Positions 12,421 through 26,358 of a stretch of 64,000 nucleotides of DNA are shown one piece after another. The translations under genes were made by a program, and so were the position numbers. The notes beneath the pieces are model-generated. The model was not told where the DNA came from. It made no database searches and saw only the letters and a program-made list of their open reading frames with translations. Position 1 is the stretch's first letter. Each line of letters begins with the position of its first letter. The DNA comes from Octopus vulgaris (lineage: Eukaryota): positions 67,580,001 to 67,644,000 of the forward strand of contig OX597825.1 in assembly GCA_951406725.2 (NCBI GenBank). The letters are read 5' to 3'.

Positions 12421-13139
12421 AGAGCAAATAAACAGAGAGAGAATGAAAATATATATAGAAAAGAAAAGAAGAGCCTCGAGAAGAGAAATAAAGGCTTAAT
12501 CTATTTGTATAATACAATTCTGCTGTGTAACGCTGCAGGCCGTTGAGTAAATGACTAAATTAGAAATATTAATTGGTGGGTTAATCTTTCTTTAGGGGTA
12601 ACAGGGTTTATAGAAAAAAAAAGAAAGTAAAATAAGTACTTTAGCATAACGGGATACGGCAATAGGTCTAGAAAAAAAGGGAGTGATAGTGCCATAATTT
12701 TTAGAAGTAATCATCATAGTTCTTATCATTATGTTAACAGTACTAATTAATATTTATCCAAATAACATGCCCATAAATTAATTACATTTACTTACTTACT
12801 GATATATTGTAAAGACCAACCATCTCTTGTCCATAATAGGATTTACCCAAGTCCAGCTTTTAGTATAATTGATCACTTAAATTTAAAAACAAAGGGCAAG
12901 CATTTAAGACCGTTATATATATATATATATATTGTGTGTATGTGCGATTGATCTGTAGATGCGCGTGTGAATATTGGCGTTCCTTGACTAACCAACCGTA
13001 TAATTTCTTTTGTGATTTAAATTTCAAACCAATAGCCAATCGAATTAATCTAAATTATCATTACCTAGTGGTCAGTATTTCTAAACTCATAGTTATTTCG
13101 ATCTTGAAAGGATGGACTTGGTGCAAACATAACTGTATC

Positions 13140-13188
<49 letters not shown>

Positions 13189-13282
13189 ATTAATAGTAAT
13201 TTTTATTAAGTTTTATAGCTTTATAATTTTATGAACTGAACCATGGTTTTAATTATTATTTTTCATCTCCCTATGTGTTAGG

Positions 13283-13313
<31 letters not shown>

Positions 13314-13537
13314 TATTAGCCAAATATGTATAATATCGGTGCTTATAAATATTAATATATACACTGATATATATTTTGTTTTATTTTGTTCTGTTTACCT
13401 TCCATTATAGTACCAATGAGTATTATATTATATAAGTGTAGCATTATGAAGTTTATGTATAAGTTTTTATATTTTACATTTTTATATTTTTATATTTATA
13501 TGTATATGGTTAAATAATCTTTTTCACAATTATAACA

Positions 13538-13663
13538 AATTTAATTCTCTGAAGAGGCCGTGGGGCATCCTTGTTAATGCCTCATTTATACCTGCCTTTA
13601 TGGCTTATAGGTTAAATGAGGTATGACTGCCCTCACTGCCGAAACAGCTGTCTGATTTGATTT
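13538..13663 (+). ncRNA. Type I HHR with ~85-nt nested stem II
   Basis: CTGAAGA-ggc.gtggggca..atgcctcattta..taaatgaggtat..tgccctcactgcc-GAA-ACAGCTGT-C; stem I partly decayed. Confidence 0.7.
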
Positions 13664-14619
13664 AATTACATATTATATTTGAAATTTTATACTTATATCT
13701 CTTTGTCTATTTACTCTTACTGTATATTTTGTATAATGCCTTTGCTGATATGTAATGGTGTATTAAGATATTGATTGGGTATCATCTGATAGTTGATGTT
13801 TTATTGATTTAAGTATGTTTCTCCATTCTCTAATTTTGTATATATATATATATATATATATTTATGTATGTATGTATATGTGTGTGTGTATGTATGTATG
13901 TATGTATGTATGTATGTAGGTAGGTAGGTAGGTAGGTAGGTAGGTAGGTAGGTAGGTAGGTAGGTATTTATACAACTGTATGTTTCAAAACATGTATATG
14001 TATTATGTATGTAAATGCATATGCGCACCACAGCAAAAGTACATATTTCAGTGACGTGTGCGCGCGCACATACACACACATATACATGCACACCACACAC
14101 ACAAACACACACGCACCCACACATATATTTGCATATATATATATGTATCAATTATTTATAAACTAAAAATATGCATACACAAATGCACGCATGTATGTAT
14201 ATACAGACACACTTATATGTGTATGCACATCTAGACCCACGTGTAAAAGATTGAATTGATACATCTCGAATACGAAGTTTCAGTGAGAAGATAGAAAAAG
14301 ATAGGTGGGATATTAAAAATAAGGAAAAGATCATGAAATATTTAAAAAAGTTTAAATAAGAGTGTATGAACGATAATAAAAAATGTATGAAAAAATATGA
14401 AAAAAATGAATATATAAAATATGAAAAGTATAAGTAAAAATATAAATACATATAATAAATATTATACAGTAAACTAAATATATAAAAAATTATTTGGTAT
14501 TAAATAAAAAAAAATCATATACACAAAACATGTATATATAAATATCTCAAATGGTGTTAGTAGAAATGATAAAATATATATAGATAGAGAGACACCTTAA
14601 TAACAATGATAGTAACGAT

Positions 14620-14944
14620 TCAAAATTTTGATACCAGGACATCCTTTCGTAGGGTGAAATCGATTAGATCGATCCTAGTATTTGACTGGTACCTGTTTTA
14701 TTGACCACGAAAGATAAGAAGCAAACTCTTTACTCTTTTACTTGTTTCAGTCATTTGACTGCGGCCATGCTGGAGCACCGCCTTTAGTCGAGCAACTCGA
14801 CCCCGGGACTTATTCTTTTTGTAAGCCCAGTACTTATTCTATCGGTCTCTTTTGCCGAACCGCTAAGTAACGGGGACATAAACACACCAGCATCGGTTGT
14901 CAAGCAATGCTAGGGGGATAAACACAGACACACAAACACACACA

Positions 14945-14996
<52 letters not shown>

Positions 14997-15002
14997 TACG
15001 AC
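14620..15002 (-). mobile_element. Diverged SINE B fragment abutting a SINE A 3' half (14725-15002)
   Basis: Similarity to the other copies. Confidence 0.8.
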
Positions 15003-16006
15003 GTTGACCTACGCTGAAAATGACTGATAACTTGGTTTTAATGGTTTCGAATTTTTGCACGGGGCCAGCACGCGTCAGTATTTTGGTGTATTTTTCTCAT
15101 TGTAATTTAGTGAATTCTCTCTGGAAGTGACTCCTTGTAACTTATTTAACTCAGAATATACACGCTGTACTCATATCAGTATGTGTTCTTCTTATTTTTC
15201 ATTTAATAAGTAGTTATATATTTGCATTTTGCACGTGAAGAAATGTATGTATATGGAATATGTGTGGATGTGTCCGTGGGTCTAGAACTTTCTTGTATCA
15301 CCCATTCTTGTTCTTCACATACACATGTCTGCTTTACATTTCCAGACGTATAAACTTTGCTATTAAGCACCATATCTGAAGTCTCTACAGATTTAAACTC
15401 ATGTATATTAATATAATTTCACTGATTATATCCTTGAGCAAACCATGCAAATATTAAAGCTATAAAATTAATATTGTTTCGTCATCAAAGCGATTCTTTT
15501 CAATTGTCTATACTACTGAGTCCGATTTAGCAAAATTGCATTTTTGCACTCTAAGAATTTATACCAGTGATTGAAATATTAGTCATTCGGGTAAGAAATT
15601 CTAGGTTTACACTTATTTTACTTCTAAACATTGAAATACTTCGAAATATAATGACATGAATAAAAGTGCGGTTTTTTTTGTTTGTTTTTTTTTATAGAAA
15701 GCTTTTTCCTTTTTCGAGTTCTCTCGATCAACAGATAATTTTTTTCCGGGAAATAGCTTCAGAATCGATTATTGTTTTCGTGTCGTTCAATTCCGTCCAT
15801 CTGTTAGCACCAAAATTCATGTTTATGTACTATAAAATAAATTTATTTGCTGTTGATAAGTTCATTGGATAACTGACTCGAGATTTCCTGATAAACTCCT
15901 CAGTTTTCAGATATTTTAAGAATGACTCTTGCCAAACAAGAGACGAGTAGGCTGCAACTGTGTTATAAAGGCATCCCGCTTAACTTTCTGCGTTCACGAT
16001 GTATAT

Positions 16007-16238
16007 AGGCGCAGCTGTGACTGTGTGGCAAGGGGCTTGCTTCTCAACCACGTGATTCCGGTTTCGGTCCTGCTGCGTAAAGCAGTTATGTGAAAGGTAT
16101 AGGTGATTCAAGAAAGTTCTACACCCACTGACACATCCACACAGATTCCATATACACACTTCTTCTACTATAGCCTCGGGCCGACAAAAGCCTTAGGAGT
16201 GGGTTTGTTAGACGGAAACTGAAAGAAGCTTGTTGTAA

Positions 16239-16282
<44 letters not shown>

Positions 16283-16405
16283 CATAAGATAGCTTGTGCG
16301 GCTGAAGAAGGCCACAGACACACATTATGCATTGTTATAAATCCGTCTAATAAAGGCCCGAAACATATGTACCGCTGAATCCTTGGCATCATGTTTTTAT
16401 TTTGA

Positions 16406-16473
<68 letters not shown>

Positions 16474-16605
16474 AGACCGATAGAATAAGTACTAGGCTTA
16501 CAAAGGATAATTCTTGGGGTTCATTTCTCCGACTGAAAAACCCTTTAAAGCAGTGCTCCAACATGGCCGCAGTCAAATGACTGAAAACAAGAAATAGAAT
16601 ACAAG
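16007..16605 (+). mobile_element. SINE family A interrupted at its internal (TA)n by an HHR-bearing fragment
   Basis: Head 16007-16080, middle 16154-16237, 3' part 16472-16605. Confidence 0.75.
16298..16375 (+). ncRNA. Type I hammerhead ribozyme
   Basis: gcgg-CTGAAGA-aggcc...ggccc-GAA-ACATATGT-A-ccgc; same family as 63410-63485 and 63760-63833. Confidence 0.8.
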
Positions 16606-16635
16606 ACTGAAAGAATGTATGGGCCTGATATATTC

Positions 16636-17029
16636 TTATATTCTTTCACTTGTTTCAGTCATCTGATTGCGGCCATGTTGGAGCACCGCCTTTAGTCGAG
16701 CAAATCGACCCCAAGACTTATTCTTTCTAAGTCTAGTACTTATTCTATCGGTCACTCTTGCAGAACTTCTAAATGACGGGACGTAATCACACGAGCATCG
16801 GTTGTCAAGCGATGTTGAGGGGACAAACAAACACACACACACACACACATACACACACATATATATATGACGAGCTTCTTTCAGTTTCCGTCTACAAAAT
16901 CCACTCACAAGGCTTTGGTCGGCCCGAGGCTATAGTAGAAGACACATGCCCAAGGTGCCATGCAGTGTGACTGAACCCGGAACCATGTAGTTGGTAAGCA
17001 AGCTGCTTACCACACACCCGCTCCTGCTC
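16636..17029 (-). mobile_element. SINE family A
   Basis: Full match to the family consensus. Confidence 0.9.
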
Positions 17030-17179
17030 CAATGGATAGTTTTTGTAGAGGAGGCGGAAGTAGAAGAAACTGTGAAGAACACAAGAAAGTGTTTATTTAT
17101 ATAGGTGGTGTCGGAAGAAAATGTATGTTACTAAAGAAAGACAGGATGATCGTTAACTCCAGTCGGATGAGTTGTGTAT

Positions 17180-17620
17180 GAATAGGATTTTTCACTGGGA
17201 CGAAAAATCCTGTTTGGAGAACATTTCTGGAATCTTAAATTTCATCCTAGATATTTTATTTCCCATCTCAACTTGTTTCCACTTCACTTCATCCGTTAAT
17301 TCTTTGTATTTCATGATGCTTTCCAAATTCCATTAGGTATTCTAGAATACAGGAATTGTTTACCATGTCCTTATATTTTTCGGTCGTTCACCTATCTTAG
17401 CTTACGCTAGCCTGTGACAATGACAGTTGGCAACTATACATTGTATCACCTGTTATGGGAGATTTCCTCCCATTGTCCTATGTTCCTCGAGAAATCTGTA
17501 TTCTATTTCCATAAAATATTTGATGCTATCTATTGTCAGGTGTTTTGATAAAAAGCGGTACATGTGATAAACCTATAGTTGTTACAATCAGCCACACATT
17601 TTGTTAATCTTTTTATATCA
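17180..17620 (-). pseudogene. Highly decayed C-terminus of an RLE-type (R4/NeSL-like) non-LTR retrotransposon
   Basis: Minus-strand fragments ITCTAFYQNT*Q*IASNILWK and ESIMKYKELTDEVKW resemble the zinc-knuckle-proximal and KxxKY regions; many stops. Confidence 0.3.
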
Positions 17621-17659
17621 CCGAACAAAGAGTGAGTGTACATTTCCCAATTAGCAATT

Positions 17660-18185
17660 TGGAGTGGTGGAGGGGATAAGTCGATTATATTGACCCCACT
17701 GCTCAATTTTATCGTCTTGGAATGAATGAAAGGCAAAGTCGACTACGGCAGAAGTCCAACTCTGAATATAAAAACGGATGAAATACCGCAGAGCATTTTG
17801 CCCCGCAGAGCATTTTGCCCGGTGTACTAACAGTACTGTCAACTCGCCACTTTATATTCTTTTATTCTTTTATTCTTTTACTTGTTTCAGCCATATGACT
17901 GTGGCCATGCAGGAGCACCGCCTTTAATTGAGCAAAGCCTAATATTTATTCTATCGGTCTCTTTTGCCGAAAAACACGCCAGCATCGGTTGTCAAGCGAG
18001 GTTGGAGGGACAAACACAGACACACAAACATACACACACACATATATATATACATATATACGACGGGCTTCTTTCAGTTTCCGTCTACCAAGTCTACTCA
18101 CAAGGCTTTGGTCGACCCGAGGCTATTGTAGAAGACACATGCCCAAGTGACATGCAGTGTGACTGAACCCGGAACTATGTGGTTC
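17660..18185 (-). mobile_element. SINE B (17660-17852) followed by SINE A (17856-18185)
   Basis: Similarity to family consensus copies. Confidence 0.8.
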
Positions 18186-18289
18186 GTGTGCTTGCTTAGG
18201 TTGCTTATCAGTATATCTAATTCAGTGATGACTATTTTCTTCTTTAATTGTGTAATCTTTGATAACTTGACTATTTTAAACAGAGTGTG

Positions 18290-18545
18290 GGGGCGCGTGG
18301 CTTAGTGGTTAGGGTGTCAGCATCATGATCGTAAGATTGTGGTTTCGATTCCTGGACCGGGCGATACTTTGTGTTCCTGAACAAAACACTTCATGTTGCT
18401 CCAGTCCACATAGCTGGCAAAAATGAGTAATGCTGCAATGGACTGGCGTCCCGTCCAGCTGGGGAACACATACGCCATTGAAACCGGGAAACCGGGCCCA
18501 TGAGCCTGGCTAGGCTTCAAAAGGGCACATTTATTTATTTAATTT
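18290..18545 (+). mobile_element. tRNA-derived SINE family C
   Basis: ggggcgcgtggcttagtggttagg A-box, ggtttcgattcc B-box, gatggactggcgtcccgtccag-like segment, (ATTT)n tail. Confidence 0.8.
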
Positions 18546-19369
18546 TTTAAACAGAGTAAGTATAGCTTGGAGAATATATAGCCGCAATTTCTAGCAGAAC
18601 AAATCTGCTCTCTGGCTCAAGTTTTGAATAAATACTATAAGCTATAGAATACAACTGCAGCGAAAAAGATTAATATTCAATTGACAAATATTGCCTTGTG
18701 TTCAGTCAGCGAGCTGTAAAAATACACCTGATAGTCGCCCAGAATTAATATGACATAGTCATCATAATCTTCCTATCCTTTTCCTGATTATGATAACCTC
18801 GTGACGTTTTTTGTGCAGACTGTCCAGCGTATGCGAAAACTTTAAATTAAGACATTCATCGCAAAGTCAATAGATGGAATAATTACAAGATATTCGGCGA
18901 CAGCAACGGGAAATTCCTGATATTTAAATCTAAAACTCATTTATTCTTTATAGATATATGTAAAAGATTGAAAAGAAAAAAAAAGATGATGCTTCACTAC
19001 GTCTCGAAAAAAATTAATTAAATTTTCGAAAGAATTCATCATTTTCCCTTGGGCCGACTATATCTTGATCTTGTACATTTACGTAGTTTTACATCTTTTG
19101 CTAATTCAGCTAGTACGGGGAAAATTGCGCTATTAGGGATGAAGTCAGAATAATATCGAAATATGTCCGAAGTTGTATCTGGTATTTATAGTGATAAAGT
19201 AAATTATTATCAGTTATTGACAAATGTTTTCCTTCTCTCGCAATTTCTTTCTTCCACTTCTTATGTTCCAAGAAACTAAATATGTAAACTTTGTTACATA
19301 TAGCTATCTATAGATTTTAATAGTAATCTGTCGTGAATAAGTATCACTATGTTGTACTTATAATAACAA

Positions 19370-19450
<81 letters not shown>

Positions 19451-19469
19451 CAGCAGCAACAGCAGCAGC

Positions 19470-19519
<50 letters not shown>

Positions 19520-19530
19520 CAGCAGCAGCA
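19370..19530. repeat. Compound (GTA)n/(GCA)n trinucleotide repeat
   Basis: Directly visible. Confidence 0.95.
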
Positions 19531-19963
19531 GGAGCGGCATTGGTACCAGCAGCAAAGACAAAACTAATTTGTTTTATTTTAGTTTAGTAATAGTAAAATG
19601 ATTTAGATTATGAATCCCAAGTGTACTGTTTATGCTTGGATAGGGGGAGTGCCAGTGCAGATATGGACCCTTCGATAGATCCACTGACGCTTAATCGATA
19701 GGTCGGTAGAGAAAGAGAGAGACAGGGAGAGAAGGAAAGAGGGGAAGGTAAGTACCCAGATTAACAAACAGGTGGGCAAACTGACGTAAAGACAGACAGG
19801 CAGGCAGGCAGGTAGATAGGTAGGTAGGTAGGTAGGTAGGTAGGTAGATACATAAAAAGATGGATGGATCGATGGATAGAAAGATAGATAGATAGATACA
19901 TACAAACATACATACATACATATATATGTACATACATACATATACATACACATACATGCATAT

Positions 19964-19994
<31 letters not shown>

Positions 19995-20490
19995 CGTACG
20001 TACATACATACATACATAGACAGACAGACAGACAGACAGACAGATATATACATACATACATAATACATGAATACATACATACATGAGCGGGCAAACAGAA
20101 GCACTTAACTACGTATTTAAGTATCCTATATATATATTAGACTAACAAAGATAAGCATACAAATACACGCATATGATTCAAGAAATAAGAATAAAGCATA
20201 TATCCTAAAACAAATTATATACAAACATTATATTATTGTCAAAATCTAAGAAGCCGAGTGCATCTATACGTCTTCTAATTTGTTTACGAAAATGTTTATA
20301 AAGATGAATGAAGGTAAAACCAATGCCGAAAATAAAAACAAAAAAAAACACTTATATATCCCAGTCCAGTGAGTGGATGAGAGTGCGGGTGTAGTATGTA
20401 ATTTGGTAATTATCATATATACATGCGGTGTGTGTTTGAAACAAAGTCTTAGATGTGCAAAAATAGAGATCCGGATGCGAAGAGTGTGTG

Positions 20491-20562
<72 letters not shown>

Positions 20563-21237
20563 ATATATTCATATGTGTGTGTATGTATGTATGCATGTAT
20601 GTATATAAAAGCTGCTTCGAGGATAAGTTCACCTCGTACAGCGATGGTTACATCCAAAGAAATACAGGTTTTATATTAGTATTTTTGAGAAATGAAATTT
20701 ATTTACATCAACAGTATTAAGAATAAAATTCATGTTCATTTAAATGAAGGAAAGAAAATAGAAAATGAAAGTAATAATAATTATTTATTATTTTAAAATT
20801 GGTAATCTTTACTTCTACATCCGTTTCCATTAGTGCTCAAGAGGTAAATTACAAATTTATGCTTCGGATTTGCATTTATATGTTATGAGCATAATATCAA
20901 AAGAGTAAGATATACGTTTAGATATTACATGCCGATCTGTCCTTTCATGCAAGCAGACTGAGTAAAGTATTATTTTTATTGTTATGTGTGGGTGAAGGGT
21001 TAACAGATCAGTAAGAATATATAATGGTTAATAAGGTAAAGTAAAGAATAAGATGGAATAAAATAAATAGTAAATAAAGTAAAAATGGATATAAAATTAC
21101 GGAGATGTACTCGCATAGCAAGTGATTTGATCTGAGATCGTGTGCTGAAACGAAAACAATTGCAGCGTGGAAGGTGTTTGTAAGCCATTTAAGAAACACA
21201 CAAAAGCCTTTCGATTCACTTCAACATTTAAGTTTAA

Positions 21238-21288
21238 TTTGTCAAAATATTTTCGTCGCTAAAATCCGCGACCTGTTCACTGACGAAA
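21238..21288 (-). ncRNA. HHR-like motif with G3-C8 swapped core
   Basis: Minus tttcgtca-GTGAACA-g-gtcgc ggatttta gcgac-GAA-AATATT-T-tgacaaa; host repeat 21095-21160 recurs at 23913-23980. Confidence 0.5.
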
Positions 21289-21427
21289 ATCCGTGCTGCA
21301 TATAAAATATAATGAAGGAATTTTTTTTAATAATATAAATGTAAAATAAGTAAATTACAAAATATGCAATTATGATATATATACATATATGTATATTTAT
21401 ATATATATATAAATATATATATATATA

Positions 21428-21509
21428 CAGTGCTGTTTCTACTTTGCGGATTTTCACCTATTGGAGGGGTTTTGGAACGTAACACCCGCGATAGCTGAGG
21501 GATTACTGT
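21428..21509. mobile_element. pogo/Tigger-like MITE end
   Basis: gcggattttcacctatt...cccgcgatagctgagggattactg, i.e. the reverse complement of a CAGTAATCCCTC-type TIR. Confidence 0.45.
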
Positions 21510-22162
21510 TTGTTCATAATCATTTATGTCCTTCATTGCTGTCAACCCTTGAAACCATGACAGATGCAGGAAATGCTGTATGCATAACACATGGAACTTC
21601 AAATGGTCTGCACATAACCGTCTGTCATTTTTTTCTGTTAACTTTTTGATCTTGCTGTTTAAGAGCCTTCTAGATCTGATGTAGTTATATTCTTTTGCTT
21701 TTTCCGACAAATTGACCATTCCTAATCACATAAGACTTATATCTGATGTCTTCGTGGACAACATTTCTGACTGTTCCTTCTGACACATGGAGATCTTTTG
21801 CAATTGACCTCATGAATTTTCTGGAATTGTAATCAATGGTTTGTTGACCTTGCTGGATAAATTCAGGTGTTCTGATTATTTCAGAGCGTTTAGAATGCTT
21901 TTTATGCTTTGAAACTGGGGATACGTTTCCATCGTCAGTCTCTAGCTCCTTACAAACTTTGTAGACGAAAGATCTGATAACTTTTAAAAATCGAGATATT
22001 TCTAAATCGCTATGCTCAGCCTTTATAACAAAAATAACAACATACTTCATTTCTTGATTAAGCTGAGTTTCTGCCATTATTATTTTCTGAAACAAAAAAT
22101 GTATAGATTTAGCAAAATATGCAGTAATGACCCAAAATAGGTACGTCTTCAAATATCTGACC

Positions 22163-22168
<6 letters not shown>
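21510..22168 (-). mobile_element. Tc1/mariner superfamily (maT/DD37D-like) transposase 5' fragment
   Basis: Two HTH regions (EISRFLKVIRSFVYKV; FMRSIAKDLHVSEGTVRNVVHEDIRYKSY) and decayed VMHTAFPASVMV..V.SNEGH motif. Confidence 0.75.
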
Positions 22169-22246
<78 letters not shown>

Positions 22247-23806
22247 ATGCGTGTATGTATGTATGGAAAATATCCATGCATATGTGCGTGTACATGTATG
22301 ACATGTGCTGGAGGTATGTGCGTGTGTATACAAATATGTGTTGTCCATATTAATTTATGATTGAACACTCACACACATATACACACATACACACACATAT
22401 ATACACACATATAGATAGGTAGACACATGGAGAGAGAAAGTATGTATGTGTGAGAGAGAGAAAGAGAGAACAAGTGATGCACACAAAAGCAAATTATGTA
22501 TAAGCATAAACACACAGGTAATATGTATTTATACGCATGTTTACTCATACACGCGTACATAATCAATAAGTATATTTAACCATATGTCCAGAGGCATGCG
22601 TGTATGTACACTTTAGAGGCTGGGCATATTGCTTCGCGAGATTACTATTTCGAAGGAGGTGTTGAAACAGGTAAATGAGTTATTTTTTAATTAAACATAC
22701 ATATTCCTGTAACTTTTTGATACCAGCTCGTATGTGTGCTCGTGCATATATCCTTGTACGCATCATTTATGTGAGTATGTGTATGCATGTAAGTGTATGT
22801 TTTTTCTGCGGGGACTAAGTGATGTGTACGTATATTTTTAGTATAGATAAAGACTATCTACCGCCCATACCGCAACTACTCACTCACCCACTACATACCT
22901 TACATACATGCACACTCTACCAAATATATATATATACCTTACAGTCCTTACCTTACAGTATATATATATATACCTTACAGTCCAACACGAAGTCTCTCAC
23001 CTCACACAGCCAAGAACACTTACGTCACAGATCAACCAATTTACTAATGTAATATCACTACACTAATCAATTTACTTATTGAGATTGAAATGAAAATTGC
23101 TTAAGGCATAGATTTCTATTCCACCACTGCTTAAATTCCATCTCCCAAAAATAAATCGAGATTATTTTTAAATTTTCATTGTGTCCCACTTTTATACAAA
23201 TTACATAGAAACAAAAGCTTGTCGACAACTATTTTTTATTAACAACTCTAATGTACTTCATAGTTCAAATTAACATTCACAATACCGACATATACAACCG
23301 CCCATACACACACTAATATTAAGCAAGTTATACTCTTTAGCTACCATCTGACAGAAAAATTTACCGGGACCTATATATTTTATTAGCAGCGCTAACCAGC
23401 TCCGTTGTCCAAACTAATTTACAAACAATCAAACTCACAGTCATAGGCAGCTATATAACATCCGCTTTAATGGATGAAATAAGCAAATAAACGCAACACA
23501 CAAGAAATCTAACCACTCCTTGATGTACAAAGACCATGTACCTCCAACATAAGCTGTCACTTACAAAGAGAACTATTATTTCTAAGTATTCACTGGGCTG
23601 GAGATTAGTATTTGGAATTGAATCAGTGGACACTAGGAGGAACTGCACATTATTTACAAGACATTTTTAGCAAATGATTTGTTAATCGTTTTCTTAAGAA
23701 ATAGGACCAAGCCCAACTTAGATAAATGTGTTATGTGCCTTTGTGTATGTAAGTCAAAGCACGTAGCGATTCGTGATATACTGCCAGTTCCACAGAGTCC
23801 CATACA

Positions 23807-23859
<53 letters not shown>

Positions 23860-24114
23860 TTTAAAATATTAAGGGTGAAAAATTGAATATTAATTTGATT
23901 AATATCAACTAAAACTACGGAGATGTACTTGCATAGTGAGTGACTTGATCTGAGATCATGTGCTGGAACGAAAACAATTAAAACTAGTTTGTGATTAATC
24001 TTTATATTTTGTTTCTTTTCATTTTTCTTGCTCGCTTACCTTCTGGCGTTTGCTAAAATTTTCTTGAGAACGTTCCTTTCTTAGTGGTAAGACACACACA
24101 CACACATATATATA

Positions 24115-24177
<63 letters not shown>

Positions 24178-24178
24178 T

Positions 24179-24550
24179 ACAGCACTCCGCCGGTTACAAT
24201 GACGAGTGTTCCAGTTGATCCGATCAACAGAGCAGCCTGCTCGTGAAATTAACGTGCGAGTAGCTGAGCACTCCGCAGACACGTGTACCCTTAACGTAGT
24301 TCTTGGAGAGAATCAGCGTGACACAGAGTGTGACACGGCTGGCCCTTTGTAATACAGGTACAAGAGGAACAAAGAGTGAAAGAAAGTTGTGGTCAGAGAG
24401 TACAGCAGAGTTTGCCACCACCCCCTGCTGGAGGCTCGTGGAGCTTTAAGTGTTTTCGTTCAATAAACACCCACAACGCCCGGTCTGGAAATCGAAACCG
24501 CAATCATGCAACTGCGAGTCCGCTGCCCCAACCACTGGGCTATTACGCAT
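24179..24550 (-). mobile_element. tRNA-derived SINE family D (tail variant 1)
   Basis: Head cccagtggttgggcagcggactcgc...ggtttcgatttcc shared with 61924-62065. Confidence 0.8.
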
Positions 24551-24589
24551 CACAGACACGCACGCACGCACACACACACACACACACAT

Positions 24590-24631
<42 letters not shown>

Positions 24632-24789
24632 AAGGCAAATTTTCTATATTTTTGTTTTTATGTTTTCGTTTTCTTATTGTGTCTACGTTGATGTTCCGTA
24701 TCTACATATGCATGTATATATACATATATATGTAGGTATGTACATATATGTATGTATATATGCATATATCTATATATTATTTATATAAA

Positions 24790-25340
24790 TATCTCTTATA
24801 TAAAATCCGTTCTGTCTGTCTGTCTGTGTGTCTTCTAGGATCTCGAGCATCCTCCATCCAACTGCGCTCGAATTTTATATGTAGATACCGACGGTATCAG
24901 GATGTGTATAAGTCTTGAAAAAATTACAAAAATCCATTGCAGGTGAGAATGCGATCAATAAAGCATTCTTTGTCCTGCTTTTCTTCCGTCAACCTGTACA
25001 TAACTGCACCTTCAGTTTTTGTTGTTTTTGTACTGCTTAAAGGCACGTTTCTTTCCTGCCAAGCTTACTGTTTAAACCATGTTTGTATTCACCCAGTCAA
25101 CAGCCTTATCATTACTGGTACTTTAAACTCTTCGGTTGCATATTTGTGTGAATAAAATCGTCTTTCGTTGGAATTGAAACAAAGTCTATATTTATTTCTT
25201 CTTTTGCTGGAGTCTCAAATTTAGGTTAAATAAGTGTTTCTCAAAGGAGAGACATATGGAACGGTTGGAAAGTTGTTTTGAGAAAATTTGGTTTAAATGT
25301 TTGACAACTCAGTACCGTCCATTGGACGGGGGTGTTTTCC
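24790..25340 (+). mobile_element. Non-autonomous Helitron/DINE-like element
   Basis: 5' ..tataaaatccgtt(CTGT)n, then core ctaggatctcgagcatcctccatcc..gcgctc.aattt; second copy inverted at 31185-31522. Confidence 0.6.
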
Positions 25341-26047
25341 TCGTATATATGTGTATACACGTACTCATATAGTATGTGTATATATGTGTGTGTATGTGTA
25401 TGTATATGTGTGTGTATATGTGTGTGTTTGTGTGTCTTTGCATATGTAAGAAAAAGCACATAGCTATTCGTGATATAACGTCAGTTTCGAAGAGTTACAT
25501 ATACATACATATGTGTGTGTGTGCGTGCGCGCGTGTGTGAGAGAGAGAGAAAGAGAGAGAGAGAGAAAGAAATATTAGCCAAGTACCTCTTGTAGACGTG
25601 TAGTGAACTACAACTACAATGTACCATAATGGAAATAAGCAAAACGGAGCTTAAACAGCGATATACTTGTGATAAGTTACCTGACGAGACACATCTCCAG
25701 TTATGGTGCAACGCAATTGTTTGTACAGCATCTCTTTCCCGAAGCACTGGTGCACGATGGGTCGCAACAATCGTAATGGACAATGAAGAGTTTCGTGAAT
25801 TCCATTGTACTTCTTTCATATTTTATAAAATCTACTGATATAAAGAAATTCCTGAAGTAAATCAAGTAGCATTTAAATCCACTCAGGTAAATAAATACAG
25901 GGTGCGGCTTTGAAACGGCATACTACAAGATGTATACCCAAATTTAAAATGAATAGTTAATACACATATTTTTCTATATTTATTTGATAATTAGTATAAG
26001 TTAAGATGAGTACATTTATTCTATTATTATTTTTTAATTATTATTTT

Positions 26048-26158
26048 AGACCTGATGAGTGACTATATTTTTAAATAGAACTTAATTTTAAATTGAATTG
26101 ATTTTATTATTATTATTATTATCTGTTTGAAAATATAGCCACGAAATGCGCGTAGTCT
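26048..26158 (+). ncRNA. Type I HHR with canonical CUGAUGA core and long stem II
   Basis: agac-CTGATGA-gtgactatatttttaaataga...tctgtttgaaaatatagccac-GAA-ATGCGCGT-A-gtct. Confidence 0.8.
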
Positions 26159-26298
26159 TTTTACTACTATTTACTATTTATTGTCTTTGTACTGTATTGA
26201 TTTATAGAATAAGGGTTTTATAATATATATTTTCTAAATGGTGTGAATAACATCTTTCATTATTGAATTGTTTAATAGAGGTTTTTCTCTAAATTATA

Positions 26299-26358
<60 letters not shown>

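Noticed and set aside
18290-18362. tRNA gene
   Set aside because: The tRNA-like head continues into a SINE body and tail; no proper acceptor stem
25675-25760. CTGACGA motif near a weak GIY-YIG-like peptide (ISKTELKQRY)
   Set aside because: No GAAA or stem pairing; too decayed to call
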